From the NCBI GenBank assembly GCA_023515725.1, contig JALDTO010000150.1:7621-71620 (forward strand): DNA of 64,000 nt, in the 5' to 3' direction. The notes beneath the pieces are model-generated. The model searched no databases, was not told the DNA's origin, and saw nothing but the letters and a program-made list of their open reading frames with translations. Shown one piece after another: positions 25,590 through 40,045 of this stretch. The translations under genes were made by a program, and so were the position numbers. The first letter of the stretch is position 1; every line of letters begins with the position of its first letter. The stretch is from Amoeboaphelidium protococcarum X5 (Eukaryota; Fungi; Aphelidiomycota).

Positions 25590-26237
25590 ATGCTTCGTGT
25601 TTGTAAAAGATTCAATTCTGGGCTGACTACTGCTCCAGCATAAAGTGCCAAGCTGCTGGGGAAGGCACCTCAATTCCAGACAGTGTCCGTTTGGAACAAA
25701 GAGTTCAAGCTAGTGAAATTGGACGATTTTAAAGGCAAGTGGGTGCTGCTGTTCACCTATCCTATGGATTTCACGTTCACCTGCCCAACCGAGATTTTAT
25801 CTTTTAGTAAAAACTATGACGAGTTCTAGAAGAACAATTGTCAAGTTCTGGGTTCATCCGTGGACAGTCAGTTCACTCATCTTGCTTGGATTAATACTCC
25901 GCAGGACAAAGGTGGACTTGGCCAGGATTTGAAAGTTCCCCTGCTCGCTGACGTCAATCGCGATATTGCGACAAAGTATGGCTGCCTTCTGGACAATGGT
26001 GTATGCTCGCGTGCCACGTACCTAATCGATCCTCAGCAACGTATTCGCCATATTAGCTAAAACGACCTGCCAGTGGGTAGAAATGTTAAAGAGTACTTGC
26101 GTCTTTTACAAGCGTTCCAGTTTGCTGATGAACACGGTGAAGTGTGTCCGAGCGACTGGCAAGTTGGCCATGACACTATCAAGCCAGATCCTAAAGGTTC
26201 GCTGGAGTATTTCAAAAAGGCTGCCAATAAGCAATGA
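25590..26237 (+). CDS. Typical 2-Cys peroxiredoxin (Prx1/AhpC class, probably mitochondrial)
   Basis: [27 protein letters not shown]; presequence-like MLRVCKRF. Confidence 0.95.
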
Positions 26238-26306
26238 TATATAACTTATCTTCAGGAATTACATATAATTTATTAATCTTATTGGGCAAAGGTTTTCATA
26301 TAACTT

Positions 26307-27878
<1,572 letters not shown>

Positions 27879-28201
27879 TTCCGCAGATTGAATTTTATTC
27901 TTAACAGACTATAAATGTCTTTGGTGTAATGAATTTACTACACACAATGGATGGAGATCGAATGAGCAATCCTGAGGAGAGTGGAAGCGAACGCTTAAAG
28001 CTTCCGTTAGAGAACGCGACGCGACGTGATTTGAGCGCGTTTGAATAGTTTCGCTCTCTTGTTCTTTCTCGTCCAGTCGAGCCGCTGACGTAACTTTGCT
28101 CTTCTTTTGTTTCTTTAAATACAGCACACCCACGCATAGAGTTAGAACAGATAAACTCTAGAAAGTATTTGAAGTTATAGTGAAATTAATCTAGTTTAGA
28201 A

Positions 28202-29740
28202 ATGAAAGAGTATACTAGAGAGGAGGTGCAGAAGCATGATAATGATGACTCTTTCTGGATTGTGATCGATGGTATAGTGTATGATCTGACTGTGTTCAAG
28301 GATATGCATCCAGGTGGAACTGATATATTGACACCTTATGGAGGTAAAGATGCAACTGAAGTGTTTTATGCTCTACACCGTCACGACGTTTTGAACAAGT
28401 ATGGTCCCAAGTATGCTATCGGCAGAATCTAGGGAGAGAAGTAGATGGTAAAGTCTGGAGGTACTGTGATCAGTAAAGTTCCGTACGCCGAAGCTGCATT
28501 CTGGTAGAGCGGAAGATCAGCTTATTATAAAGAGACTCATATTAAGTTCAAGTAGGCTTTACGCAAGTTCTTTACAGAGGAAATTCTACCTGAGGCCAAG
28601 GTGAAAGATGACCTGGATGAGGCTCCATCTAAAGAGTTGTTTGAAAAGTGCGGCCAATTTGGTCTGTGGGCAAGTAGACTTGGTCCTGGGCATTGGATGA
28701 AAGGTCGTCAGTTGCCTGGTGGTGTGAAGCCTGAAGAGTTTGATTATTTTCATGAACTGATTGCGCATGAAGAGATCCAGACTCTGGGATATCCTGGATT
28801 CTCTGATGGATTAGCGTGTGGTCTGGTTATAGGCCTGCCGCCGTTGCTGCACTTTGGTAGTGCAGAGTTGTAGAAGCGTGTGGTGCCTGATATTCTGGAT
28901 GGTAAAAAGAGGATTTGTTTGAGTATCACCGAGCCATTCTGTGGAAGTGATGTGTCTGCCATCTAGACCACGGCCAAGTTGAGTGATGATGGAAAGTATT
29001 ACATTGTGAATGGTGTCAAGAAGTGGATCACCAATGGACATCATGCCTAGTACTTTACCACTGCTGTCAGGACTGGGGGTAAAGGGATGAATGGTATCTC
29101 AATGTTGTTGATTGAACGCTCCCCTGGCCTGAGAACTAAGCCTATCAAGACTGCTTACTCCTCCTCTGCTGGCACGTCTTTAGTTATAATGGAGAATGTA
29201 AAGGTGCCTGTTGAGAATTTGCTTGGTAAATTGAATGAAGGTTTCAAGACTATTATGTTCAATTTCAATCATGAGAGATGGTTGATTGTATGCCAGTCTG
29301 TACGTGCATCACGCCTGGTGGTTGAAGAGTGCTTCAAGTGGGCTATGCAGCGTCAAGTATTTGGTAAGCCATTGATCTCTCAGCCCGTGATTAGAGAAAA
29401 GTTGGCGTAGATGATATCAAGAGTGGAGGCCACATAGTCCTGGCTAGAGTCGATCACGTATCAGATGTCAGTCATGTCTTACAAGGAGCAATCTTTGCAC
29501 TTGGCCGGTCCTATTGCTCTACTCAAACTGTTCTCGACCAGATCGGGGGAATTTGTGTGTGATTAAGCGTGTCAGATCTTTGGTGGTCGTGCCATAACCT
29601 CTACAGGTATGGGCTAGGTGGTGGAAAGATATCGTCGTGCCACCAAGTTTGCCGCCATTCTCGGTGGCTCTGAAGAGATTATGGCTGACTTGGCCATCCG
29701 TCAGGCTATCAAGATGTATCCAAAATCTGCGAGATTATGA
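28202..29740 (+). CDS. Cytochrome b5 - acyl-CoA dehydrogenase fusion
   Basis: HPGG heme motif; ITEPFCGSD, KKWITNG, NFNHERW, QIFGGRA, ILGGSEEIM. Confidence 0.93.
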
Positions 29741-29905
29741 TTCATTTGTTCTTTATAAATACCGCGTGATTTTAATTTATATCTGCAGTTATTGCGACTC
29801 TTATGATTATTGATTTATTATTGGCCGTAAATTTACTACCATCATTCACTTTATTCTTTTAATCAGTGAAATTTATAACGATCAATTAGTGAGAGAATTG
29901 TGGAG

Positions 29906-30748
29906 ATGTTTTAAATACCAGCGACTAAAATTGCAAGCGAATCTGAAGTACGGGCTCTAAAATAGTATTAGAACAAGTTTAAATGTGTTGTGATGGGTGG
30001 TACTGGTGCAGTGGGTCGTCATTTGGTTGCGCGACTACTTGCGACAGGTGCCTTCTAAAAGGTGGTAGTGTTGACCAGGAAGCCTGCTGATTCCGTTCAG
30101 TATGATGGCGATAACAAACAGGCGTTATAAGTGTGTCAGTATGATTTCGAGTCCCCCAGTGCAGATTAGATTAAATATTTGAAAGACAGCGATTGCCTCT
30201 TCATCACTCACGGCACTACGCGGGCTCAGGCAGGCTCGGCTCAAGCATTTGTAAAGATTGACATGGATTATGTGGTGAACACTGCCAAGCTGTGGAAAAA
30301 GTAGAATCCTGACAAGTAGCAGTAGTTGAAGTGCTTTTTGCTAACGTCTGCTGGTGCGAATCCTTAATCGGCATTCCTTTATCCGAAAACTAAAGGGGAG
30401 ATTGAGTAGTAACTGGCCAAACTCAATTTTGCGAATTTGAGCATATTCCGACCTGGTTTCTTGGAAGGCCGCCCTGATGATGGCAGAGTTTTGGAGAAGA
30501 TTGGCGGCGCGTTGATTGTTCCGCTTCTGAAAGTATTCGCTCCCAAGAAGGGATGTGTATCTGTAGAGTAGGTGGCAGATGCTATGGTAAAAGCTTCGTT
30601 GGATCAGTAGCCTTAAGCACTGAAAGATGTCAAAATATACACGCAGTCAATGAATCAAAAGATTGTTCACAATGCAACGTCCAATGGATCAATCGAAATC
30701 TACGACAATGAATCCATATATGTGCTATCCAACAGTCAGTTTGAATGA
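29906..30748 (+). CDS. HTATIP2/TIP30/Fmp52-like NAD(P)-binding protein
   Basis: GGTGAVG, HGTTRAQAGSAQAFVKID, YPKTKGEIE, IFRPGFL. Confidence 0.88.
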
Positions 30749-30854
30749 ATATGCCTTTATTCGCGTGTGATATGATTATTGTGAAATGAGAATGCTAAAT
30801 CAGTAACGACTGAGTCCCATAATACTAACAATTAAGATATATTCTATTAATCAA

Positions 30855-31058
30855 TCAAACATTGAATCCGTGAGATCGCATGCATTTCTTATGCTCTTCT
30901 ATCAATTTCTTGCATTCCACATTATCATCACCTTTCAATAGGACACATTCATCCCGTGCCTTCTTTGTCTCTGGGCACGCACAGCAAGGCTTCAGTTTCT
31001 TCTGCTCGTTCCCACTGGTAACTGCAGTAGATTCAGTTTTTTTACTTTCTTTCGTCAT
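30855..31058 (-). CDS. COX17: Cytochrome c oxidase copper chaperone
   Basis: [16 protein letters not shown]...[10 protein letters not shown]. Confidence 0.96.
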   Translation of the reverse strand: MTKESKKTESTAVTSGNEQKKLKPCCACPETKKARDECVLLKGDDNVECKKLIEEHKKCMRSHGFNV

Positions 31059-31236
31059 TACTAAGCTTTCTCTCTCTCTCTCGCGTGTTTGTTGATGAAA
31101 GACTAAAACGGTAAAAGAAGAGATTAGCGAAACGACAAGCGAGAAACGACTCGGATCAACTACAGTAAACACAAAATGACAACAATCAAGAGAAAGTGTG
31201 TAGTGATGATTGAAATTCAATGTATATAAGATGTGC

Positions 31237-32677
31237 TCACTTCTTGCTTGCTGCAGCAATACGGCGATCTCTCTCCTCCAGGATGGTCAGCTTGACACCC
31301 TTCTGCTTTGGCAGAGACACCCAAGCCTTGTTACCCTTACCAATGACAAAGACGTTGCTCAGACGAGTGGCGAAGGTGTGATCCAACGCGTCCTTGATGT
31401 GGACAATATCGAAACCACCCAGATGTCTCTCACGGTGCACAATGACACCCATACGACCCATGTTACGACCGCCAGTGATGGCACACATGTTACCAGTGTC
31501 AAACTTGACAAAGTCGACAATCTTTCCAGTCTCCAGATCAACCTTCACAGTGTCATTAGCTTTGATCAATGGATCCGGGTAACGGATGGTGCGGCCATCA
31601 TGAGTGACAACGTATGGAATACCTTTAGCTCCCAGCTGAACCTTTCTAACCTTGCACAGCTTGAACTTGGCCTCTTCATCAGTGATACGGTGGATAGTGA
31701 AGCGACCCTTGACATCATACACAAGACGGAAGTGCTCACCAGTCTTCTCAATGGAAATGACATCTACACACCCTGATAAGAGATAAGAATATTATTAGCA
31801 ATCTGCTGCAAAACAGTATCGAGATTGCAGATCGATAAATATATATGCTTATGCAGAGTCGTTCATTAAGATTCTAAAATACTTGGCCTCACCAATATAA
31901 ATTTAGGCAAGAACGAGTACAGAATCAACATGTGGTATGAATACGGAATATAAACATACCTCCTAATAGCGGTACCAAACAGAAGTTGGTCATGGATTAA
32001 TTGAATGAACGCGGGAGGACTACAATGACATTATGGCAAGTCAATGCGACGTCATCATCATCAATATAATGAGACGTTTTCTTGGTAACTCAATCTCTAT
32101 AACGAGATGAACACCGCGACATTCAATTTAGGACTTGTTATGATGAGACTATCTAATCCCAACTGCATATCATTCCTGCTAGTCATATAAATACCTATAT
32201 CTATATATGTATATAGTCAATCCAGAACGCGTGCATTTGCCACATGATTAATCAATTACGATAAATATCATGAGCCATTCAATTAAAACAATGAGCCAAA
32301 CTATCCATCATATAGTCACCAACGCATAGGAATATAAGCACGACATCAACAACAACATCAATCAATCAATCAATCTACAATCATCGCTACTAATCAATAA
32401 CAATTAAAATCCTACCCATATAACCAGCTGGGAAATTAGCATCAGTACGAACTTTCCCATCCACCTTAATCAGACGCTACTGCACAATAGAGACAACCTC
32501 GCGCTTGTTCAAAGCATACTTCAATCTGTTACGCAAGAAGATGATCAAAGGCAGACACTCACGCAATTTGTGAGGACCAGACGATGGACGAGGTGCCCAG
32601 GTACCGGTCATTTTGTCCAGCATCCAGTGAGATGGAGCATTCAATCTTTTCAAGTGCTTTCTAGGTCCTCTTGGCAT
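31237..32677 (-). CDS. RPS4: 40S ribosomal protein S4 (eS4)
   Basis: [15 protein letters not shown]...; exons 32416-32677 and 31237-31763; 652-nt intron. Confidence 0.98.
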
Positions 32678-32690
32678 TTTTCAACAGCTA

Positions 32691-32717
32691 ATTATTATTA
32701 TTATTATTATTATTATT
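32691..32717. repeat. (ATT)9 microsatellite just upstream of the RPS4 start
   Basis: Direct reading. Confidence 0.9.
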
Positions 32718-33143
32718 AACGTGGTGATTATTACTAGGAATGTAACACGGAGATTGCTCTTTACTAGATCAAACGCCGAAAAAAGATTCGAATTTGGACG
32801 CGTTAAGGCTTCGGTTATTTCCAGATCGCGTTTCTCTTTGAACTGTCTTCTGTCGCTTTTTGTTATGCGTGAAGATACTCAGAGCGCGCTCGAAAAGAAA
32901 CAAATCAGGGGCCAGAAAGCTTTACAACCTTATTCCCTTTAACTGATGAGATGATTCTGACGCGTCAATTGAGAGCAGTGCTCCCTTTGACAGTAAGAGA
33001 GAAAGAACGAAATGTGTTGAGTTTGAACTTGTGTTATTCACTTTCATTCGTCGCTAATCTCTGTTTTCTTTACTTAGTACCAAGTGCATTCTCAGTTCTT
33101 CTTTCGTTCTGTGAATTTATAAAAAATAATAACTTCTTGAAAT

Positions 33144-33971
33144 ATGACTGTAGCTGTGGATGGTTTTAAGAGCTCTGCTGTTATGTAGTAAATCGCTCAA
33201 GCTTTGCCTACTAACGATGCATGGAAGAAAGTTAATGCAGTGTTCCAGTTTGATGTCAAATCGGGTAGCAAGGTTTAGACTTGGACTTTGAACCTCAAGA
33301 ATCCTCACGATGGACAAATGGTTATTACTGGTCCTCCTAAATCTGCTAAGGCTGATATTGTCATTGCAGTCTCAGACGATGACTTTGTGGAATTGGCCTC
33401 CGGGAAGTTGAATGGACAAAAGGCATTCATGGCTGGTAAGATCAAGGTGAAGGGAAATATGATGCTAGCAACTAAATTGGATCCTCTGTTCAAACAGGTG
33501 CAGAATGCCAAGGGAGCATAGCCTAAGAAGGCCGACTCCAAAAGCTCAACTGGGGCTTCTAATGGCGGTGCCAACGCGAAGAGTGTCAAGGTTGATGGAT
33601 TCGAGTCGAGCGCTGTGTTTGAGCAGATTCGCGCCGGATTGGAAAGTTCGTCCGAGGCCGAGCGTCAGGCTAATTTGAAACGCATCAACGCGGTGTTTCA
33701 GTTTGTGGTTAAGAATGCCGGTGGTAAGGAGTAGAACTGGACTCTGGACTTTAAGAATCCTCCTGGATCTGTGTATGTTGGGCCAGCAAAGGGTAAAGCT
33801 GACATCATTATCAGCATCGGTGATGATACCATGGTGGCTTTGTCCAATGGTAAACTGACCGGCTAGAAGGCTTTCATGCAAGGCAAACTGAAGGTGAAAG
33901 GTAACATGATGCTTGCCACAAAGTTGGATGGCGTTCTCAAGGGTGCTTAAAAGACCAAGAGCAAGTTGTGA
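33144..33971 (+). CDS. Peroxisomal tandem SCP2 (sterol carrier) domain protein
   Basis: Two domains each with GQKAFM.GK.KVKGNMMLATKL; C-terminal SKL (PTS1) reached only by reading TAA 33948 as sense. Confidence 0.92.
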
Positions 33972-34216
33972 TAAATCTTTATTATACCTAGTGCACGTAG
34001 CTAAATAGTATTTTGAATTATTTTCATTCGTATGATCTCCAAGAGTTTTAGATTTCTAAAGTTGTGTGACTGTTGTTGTCGGCAGGCGTGAGCTATTTTT
34101 ATACAACACCATAGATCAAATCATCGCCAGTGAAGACTTCCCATTTAATTACAAGGATACTGCGCTTCTAATCTTTGGGAAAATATTTCTTCTTGTACAT
34201 TTAGATAGATTAAGTA

Positions 34217-35923
34217 ATGGACGTACTTCTTATAGTGCTAATTATACTGGGTGCTCTATTGGTGTTTGGTATAATCGTAGTCGTTGTAGCATACATCAGG
34301 TTGAACAGACAGCGCAGTCGAAACAATGTCCCAGCGTAGAAACAAGCGTAAAGATCACAACCTTATCTGCCGCAATAGTAGTAGAAGTAAATTCAAGGTG
34401 GAAATTTCGTACCTGTTGCTGTGCAGTAAAATGTACGACAGTCGTAAGAAATCAGGAGCAATCCACAATAGATGCAGCAGCAGCGTCCTTCGATTCCACA
34501 GGTGCCGTAATTCATGCAAAGCAAATCGATGAGCACTCACTCTGTTATGAACGCGCCGACTGTGATTTTAAGCGCCTAGCTGGTTAAACCTTAGCCAACG
34601 GTAATGCAAGGTCAGTCACTTCCTAATAATATGCAATAAGCTGCTACTCAGTATGGATTTGGATAGCTGGTTTAGAGTATCAATCAGCAGCAGTATCAAG
34701 TTTAATCCCCAAGTGGCATTTAGCAGCCCGCAAGTAGAGATGATGCGACCAATTCAAGAGTTGGCAATGCCCACTCTGTGGATTCAACTACGCTTATTAC
34801 TCAAGGTAAAACATTGGCTATGCCTGGTTTCCTATCCATGGTGGAAGGCACTGATTTCTCAGTCAATGAGCGATTTGCAGAGGGTGCCGGTGGGACTTTA
34901 TACTTGGGGGAACTTCTGACGCGCTATGGCATAGATCGCGCCGAAGGAGAAACTTAATGTGTTGTAAAGCAAATCAAGCCTGAAGCTTTCGAGTCTCAGC
35001 AAGATTGCTAGTTGTCATTTCAACAAGAAGTCTCCATAATGTGGTTGGTGTATAAGTCTAAACATGTTGCCAAGATTCGCGGATTCTGCATGAGTCCTTT
35101 ATCCATTCTGATGAAGTATTATCGTTTTGGTACACTATATGATTTAATTCATCAGCGAAATAATCACGTACCTGATGATAAATGGAGTCCACGCTTCGTT
35201 ATGAGTCTCGCGCAGGATATTGCTGAAGGATTGGGAAATTTGCACGATGAAGGTGTCGTTCACTCGGATATCAAGCCGGCCAACATCTTCATAGACAAGG
35301 ATGAGCAGGGATAGTTGCGAGCCATTATTGGTGATCTTGGTGTTGCTTCTATTATCGATTCGTCTTTGCTGAGAGTGAAAGCATACAAAGAATCGCGTAT
35401 CAAAGGAGCCTCGCTGCCTTATGCTGCCCCAGAAGTTATAAAGACATTTGTTTAAAACACGCCGGAAGATGAAGCCAATCTGGCCAGTCCAGCAGTGGCC
35501 AAGGCTGGAGACGTATTCTCATTCGGTGTGGTCGCCTTCGAATGTCTGACCCGGAAATTTGCATGGCATGGAGTCTAGGAAGATATCGCTATGCTAGTTC
35601 TCGACAACAAACGTCCAAGATTTCCGCAATCTATACAACTGAGAAGACAGAGTGATTATTTGGTTGATGTGCTGTGTCAAGTCATCACGCGTTCCTGGTC
35701 ACAGAATCATGCCAGTCGACCAACTTTCGCTGACATTCTGACCACGTTCTAACAATGCCTCGCCGCATTACCGTCGATTTAGTAGTAGGTAAATTAAGCT
35801 GTAGTGTCATCCTAGTAGAATTTATATCTCAACAATAATGCAAGTAATGGTCAGCTTTATTCTCAAAGCGGCGTTGATGAGAGTACTGTTGTTAGGTCGA
35901 ACGGCGTGTAGTAGTAATTTTGA
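34217..35923 (+). CDS. Membrane-anchored non-RD protein kinase without ectodomain, Gln-rich juxtamembrane region
   Basis: N-terminal TM; EGAGG, CVVK, HSDIKPAN, DLG, YAAPE, DVFSFG. Confidence 0.88.
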
Positions 35924-36177
35924 AAGTTAAAAATAGACTTGCCTTAATTTGATAACTAAACAATGCCGTCTACCCAGATCCCTTAACTCCGCTTTTAATC
36001 AGTGATCTATATATTTTCGTCATCTTAAATTACGGTCTTCATTGTGACTTTCAACTCTATACAATTTGAAGAGGAATTAAAAGTAATATCTTGCCGAGTG
36101 ATGGATGCATCAAGAAAAGGTAAGAAACTATAACACAATCTATAACATATCTGAAACTCTAGTCAATTGTAGTCTCA

Positions 36178-39100
36178 ATGGATTCCAATTCAAGTTCGTC
36201 AAAGAAAGCAAGCAGAATTAGTGCTGATGCATTTGAAGCCTCTGCATTGACAAAGTTGATTTAGGATCTACATCAAGGCTAGCAGAGTGGAGAGTTGAAA
36301 CGTACCACCAGTGTGAGGATGAATAGAAATACTTCTGCCGGATCATCAGTATCAGCATCTGGATAGTCCAATACAAACAGTAGTAATTCTGCTCAAAATG
36401 GTTAATAAGCTACCGCGTAATCAGGAAATACTGCCCCTCAAGGATTAGCCCGCTCAGAGAGTATTCGAGTCGTTAAAATGACGCCGTCTAATAGCGCTGG
36501 ATCACTCAAGCCTGATTTGAATGCGATTGCGGCATATCTGGCAGCTGGAGATGCACTGAATAGTGTTGGCGATTTGACCAAGTAGTAATTGCAACTGAAT
36601 CAACATCCTTCTCATTCATCTAATCTGAGTAAATCCGGAGGCTCATATACCAAAAGCGAATTATAGAGTGTTGATGAGTCTAAATAAGCTGATGAATCGA
36701 CCATGCTTGCAGAAATAAGTAATATTGTGACATCGTAGAAAGTTATTGAAGAGAGAATTGTGGAGCCATCTGCCAAGTCGCCGGTAGCTGTTGAAGTTGT
36801 AACACAGGATGAGATGTCTAAAATTGAGCCACAATAGACTAATATGACTTTTGATGAGTTGAACGCGATTCATACCAAGCTCGCTGATGAGATAGAAGTT
36901 AAGAAGGCGGAGTTGAAAGCGTTGGAGGCTACAGAGAAAAAGGTTGATGACTTCTCCAGCTCGGTGCGCAACAAGAAGCGTGTGTCTATTGCTTCGTTTC
37001 TATCTATCGGCGGTAAGAAGTAGGCTGCAGGCGATAATGATGCTAATGGTTATACTAGCGCGTCTGGAACTTAAACATAAGCGGTTAACGAAAAGTAATA
37101 GGAGTAGAAGCATGAAAGTGATTAAGCTGGTGGTCTGAAGAGAAGTAAATCCTTATTCGCTCGCACTTTTGGCAATGGAAATAAAGCTACCTCTTCAGCT
37201 AATGCGTAGTAGGCGCCATCTAATGCAGGAACCGATTCTTCTTAGACTGGTGGTAGTGGTGTCAAGATTATGAGAGGATTGAGTTTGCGTAAATCAAGAC
37301 CTACGAGTCTGCTAGTACCAAATGGACAGTCTGCGGCTCATTAAAGAAATAAATCCATTTCTGATATTAACGAAAATCTACCGTCCCCAATGGAAGAAGA
37401 TGATGAGTAAAGTGTGAATGGAGCTAATAAATCATCTGGTGGTATTTTGAAGAAGATTTTGGGTGTAGGAGGTAGCAGCAGTAGTAAGAAGGATGATGGC
37501 CACAGATTTAAAATTGATCATTCCACTCATGACTCGTTTGCTCCTATTTATCATCCGCCCGCTAAAGTTGATAGTGAAAAAACTCAAGACTAAACTGAAG
37601 CTAAGGCTGCACCTTAGGCTGTTATTGCTTAGGTAGATGAAAGTGTACCGTTCTTGAATTTACCAGGGCCTCCACTATCAGCTCCATCTTTGAATAACAT
37701 TGCATAAGATAATTACACTCATCAGCCATAAGGTGAATAGTCTGAGAACCCTGCTGAAGATCTCTCTGTGGTATCATCATCTAAGCTGGTTCGCAAATTG
37801 TCCAATTCTTCAAAGTCATCGCGCCGCAAGTTGTCTGGATCTGCTAATTTAGTTCTTGATAGTCAAGTTATACCTGAGAGCCTGGAGGAGGTGAATGCTA
37901 GTGAAGCTCATAAGAATAAAGAGTCCGTTAGTGCCAGCGGCAATGATTTGGAATAGTAGGTTGAAATTGTCGCTGCCTCTGTGAACATTTCAAATTCTGG
38001 TCTGAATGATGAAGAGTTAAAATCCACGTAAAGCACACGGAAAGATCAAGAAGTTTAGGCGAATGTTGTTATTGACCAAGTATAGTAGTCTCTTGAGGCT
38101 GTTGCCAAGTCCAACTTGGTACGGGAGGAAAGTAAAGACGATGCATCAGATTTATTAGATACTTATGCATCTTTGAAGTCTAATCGTCATTCCACTGCTC
38201 AGCAGTTGTAATATCAAGTTGATGATTCTAAGATTGGTCAGATTGCTGAAAAGCGTAACGAATAGGCACCTGTAGAATCCGATGCTCCTCCTCCTGCAAT
38301 TGAAGAGAAGGCGAATGTGAATAATGGCCGATTGTTGATGAAAGACCTGTCTTTGATAGGGCATCAATTGGAGTCGGCTATAGCTATGGATAGTTCTGAG
38401 ACTTCAAATTTAAAGTCACAGTTGGATGCAGAATTCTCAGCCGTAGGCGTCAAAGAGGAACCGGTAGTCCTGGTGAATGGTGGAAATCAGGATTAGTAAT
38501 TTAAAAGTCAGGCTATTCTTGAGAAGGGTCTCTCTGAAATATCAGCAGATTTACGGTTGGCTGCATCTGATTTGCCGGATCAGAAATTCACTGAAGAGCA
38601 AGAAGAATCTGTAAAGCCTGATAATGTCAGAACTTTGTAATCTCATGACTCGGACTCTGCAGGAGTTTTACAATAACTAAGTAATCTAGTGAAGAGAAGT
38701 CAGGAGTTGACAGTCTCAAAATTTGGTGGTCAAGATGATGTCAATGCAGTGACAAGTGATGCATCTAAGACTTTGGAGTAAGATCAGGCAACTTATAGTG
38801 ACCAGGATGATGAGAGTTTGGAAGATGCTGAACCGGTCTTAAATTCTGAAGAGGCCGATTTCTTGGCCAAAATAGGATTTAAAGAGTTGACTGAAGTACT
38901 GGCAAAGTCTTCTTCCAGCACGGCGCTGAAGAGTAGCAATAGTCAAGTAATGATGGATAACAGTCAGCTGACGAGGAAAGTCAGCTCTCCTGTTGATCCG
39001 ATTCCTGAAACTGCGGTACCTCTTCCAGCCGCTATAAGTAGCGCTGATGTATAAAAGGTGGACAGTCCTCCATAATAGGCTGCAAATTCTATACAGACAC

Positions 39101-39747
39101 CTCCATTAATCAAGAAGCCAAAGCCGTCGCTGGCTTAAATTAGACCATCTCTCAGTGGTTTACAGCCTGGCTTTAAGTCTGATTCAAAGACTAATTTAAT
39201 ACTTGAGAGTGGTAACGCGTCTACTCCATCTAGTTAACCTTAGAAAGATACTATTCCAGCACCTGTGCAGGCGCTATTGCCGAAGCCTGATATGAACGAT
39301 TTCATCAAGAATATCCAGGGCATTGGGAGAAGTAACAGTGTTTTACAGAGGTTTCGACCTGAGGCTGTGCAAAGCGCGAGTACTGAACAAGGTGATAATG
39401 CGACTATGCAAGATCAAGGCCTAAACGACAGGAGAAAGTCAAAGGGTATCAATGATGTGGCTAGAGCAAAGATTGTATCCAAGTTTAGTGCCATGTTTGA
39501 ACAGAAAATGTCTCCACAGTAAGAATAGCCGACAGAAAGTGAATCTTATGCTCTGGGTAGATCAAAGACCATGTCGATGCGTGGGTAAAAGACAGCGGTG
39601 GTACCTAGACAAGAAGCTGTCAATGTGCAGATTCCGAATAGTGACACTCAATAACAACAAACTGGCTAGAAAGACGCGTCTCAGTAGCCCAAGATCGTCC
39701 TCAAACCAAAGCCATCATTGAGCCTGTTGAGGAAGAATGTTTAGTGA
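36178..39747 (+). CDS. Large low-complexity (Ser/Gln/Glu-rich), probably disordered protein, ~1189 aa
   Basis: One frame links the track fragments at 37768, 38818 and 39265; short coiled coil near 36850-36960; ends TAG-TGA. Confidence 0.75.
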
Positions 39748-40045
39748 TTCAGGTGACGGAATATAGGAGTTATTGAGATGATGCGACAGAAGTAAAAAGT
39801 GCGTTTGATTTTAATACCACGCTTAATTCCTTACCAATGTCAGCCACTCTTCTGGTGCAATCAATTTGCTTCAGTATTTTCCCCACGACTCGCGCTCGAT
39901 TGTTATCGCGGTGGAGTTCGAAACATTCAACTCAATTACTCAAGACCGGGGTGCGGGGTTGAGGTGACGTAATACATTTGAAATAATAATCCACTTCCCC
40001 ACATTTCATTTTTCATTACTGATAACAATTACACGTTGACGTATT

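Noticed and set aside
32327-32335. snR30/U17 m1 motif ATATTCCTA in the RPS4 intron
   Set aside because: The partner m2 motif AAACCAT is absent; no CTGA D box found for a C/D snoRNA either.
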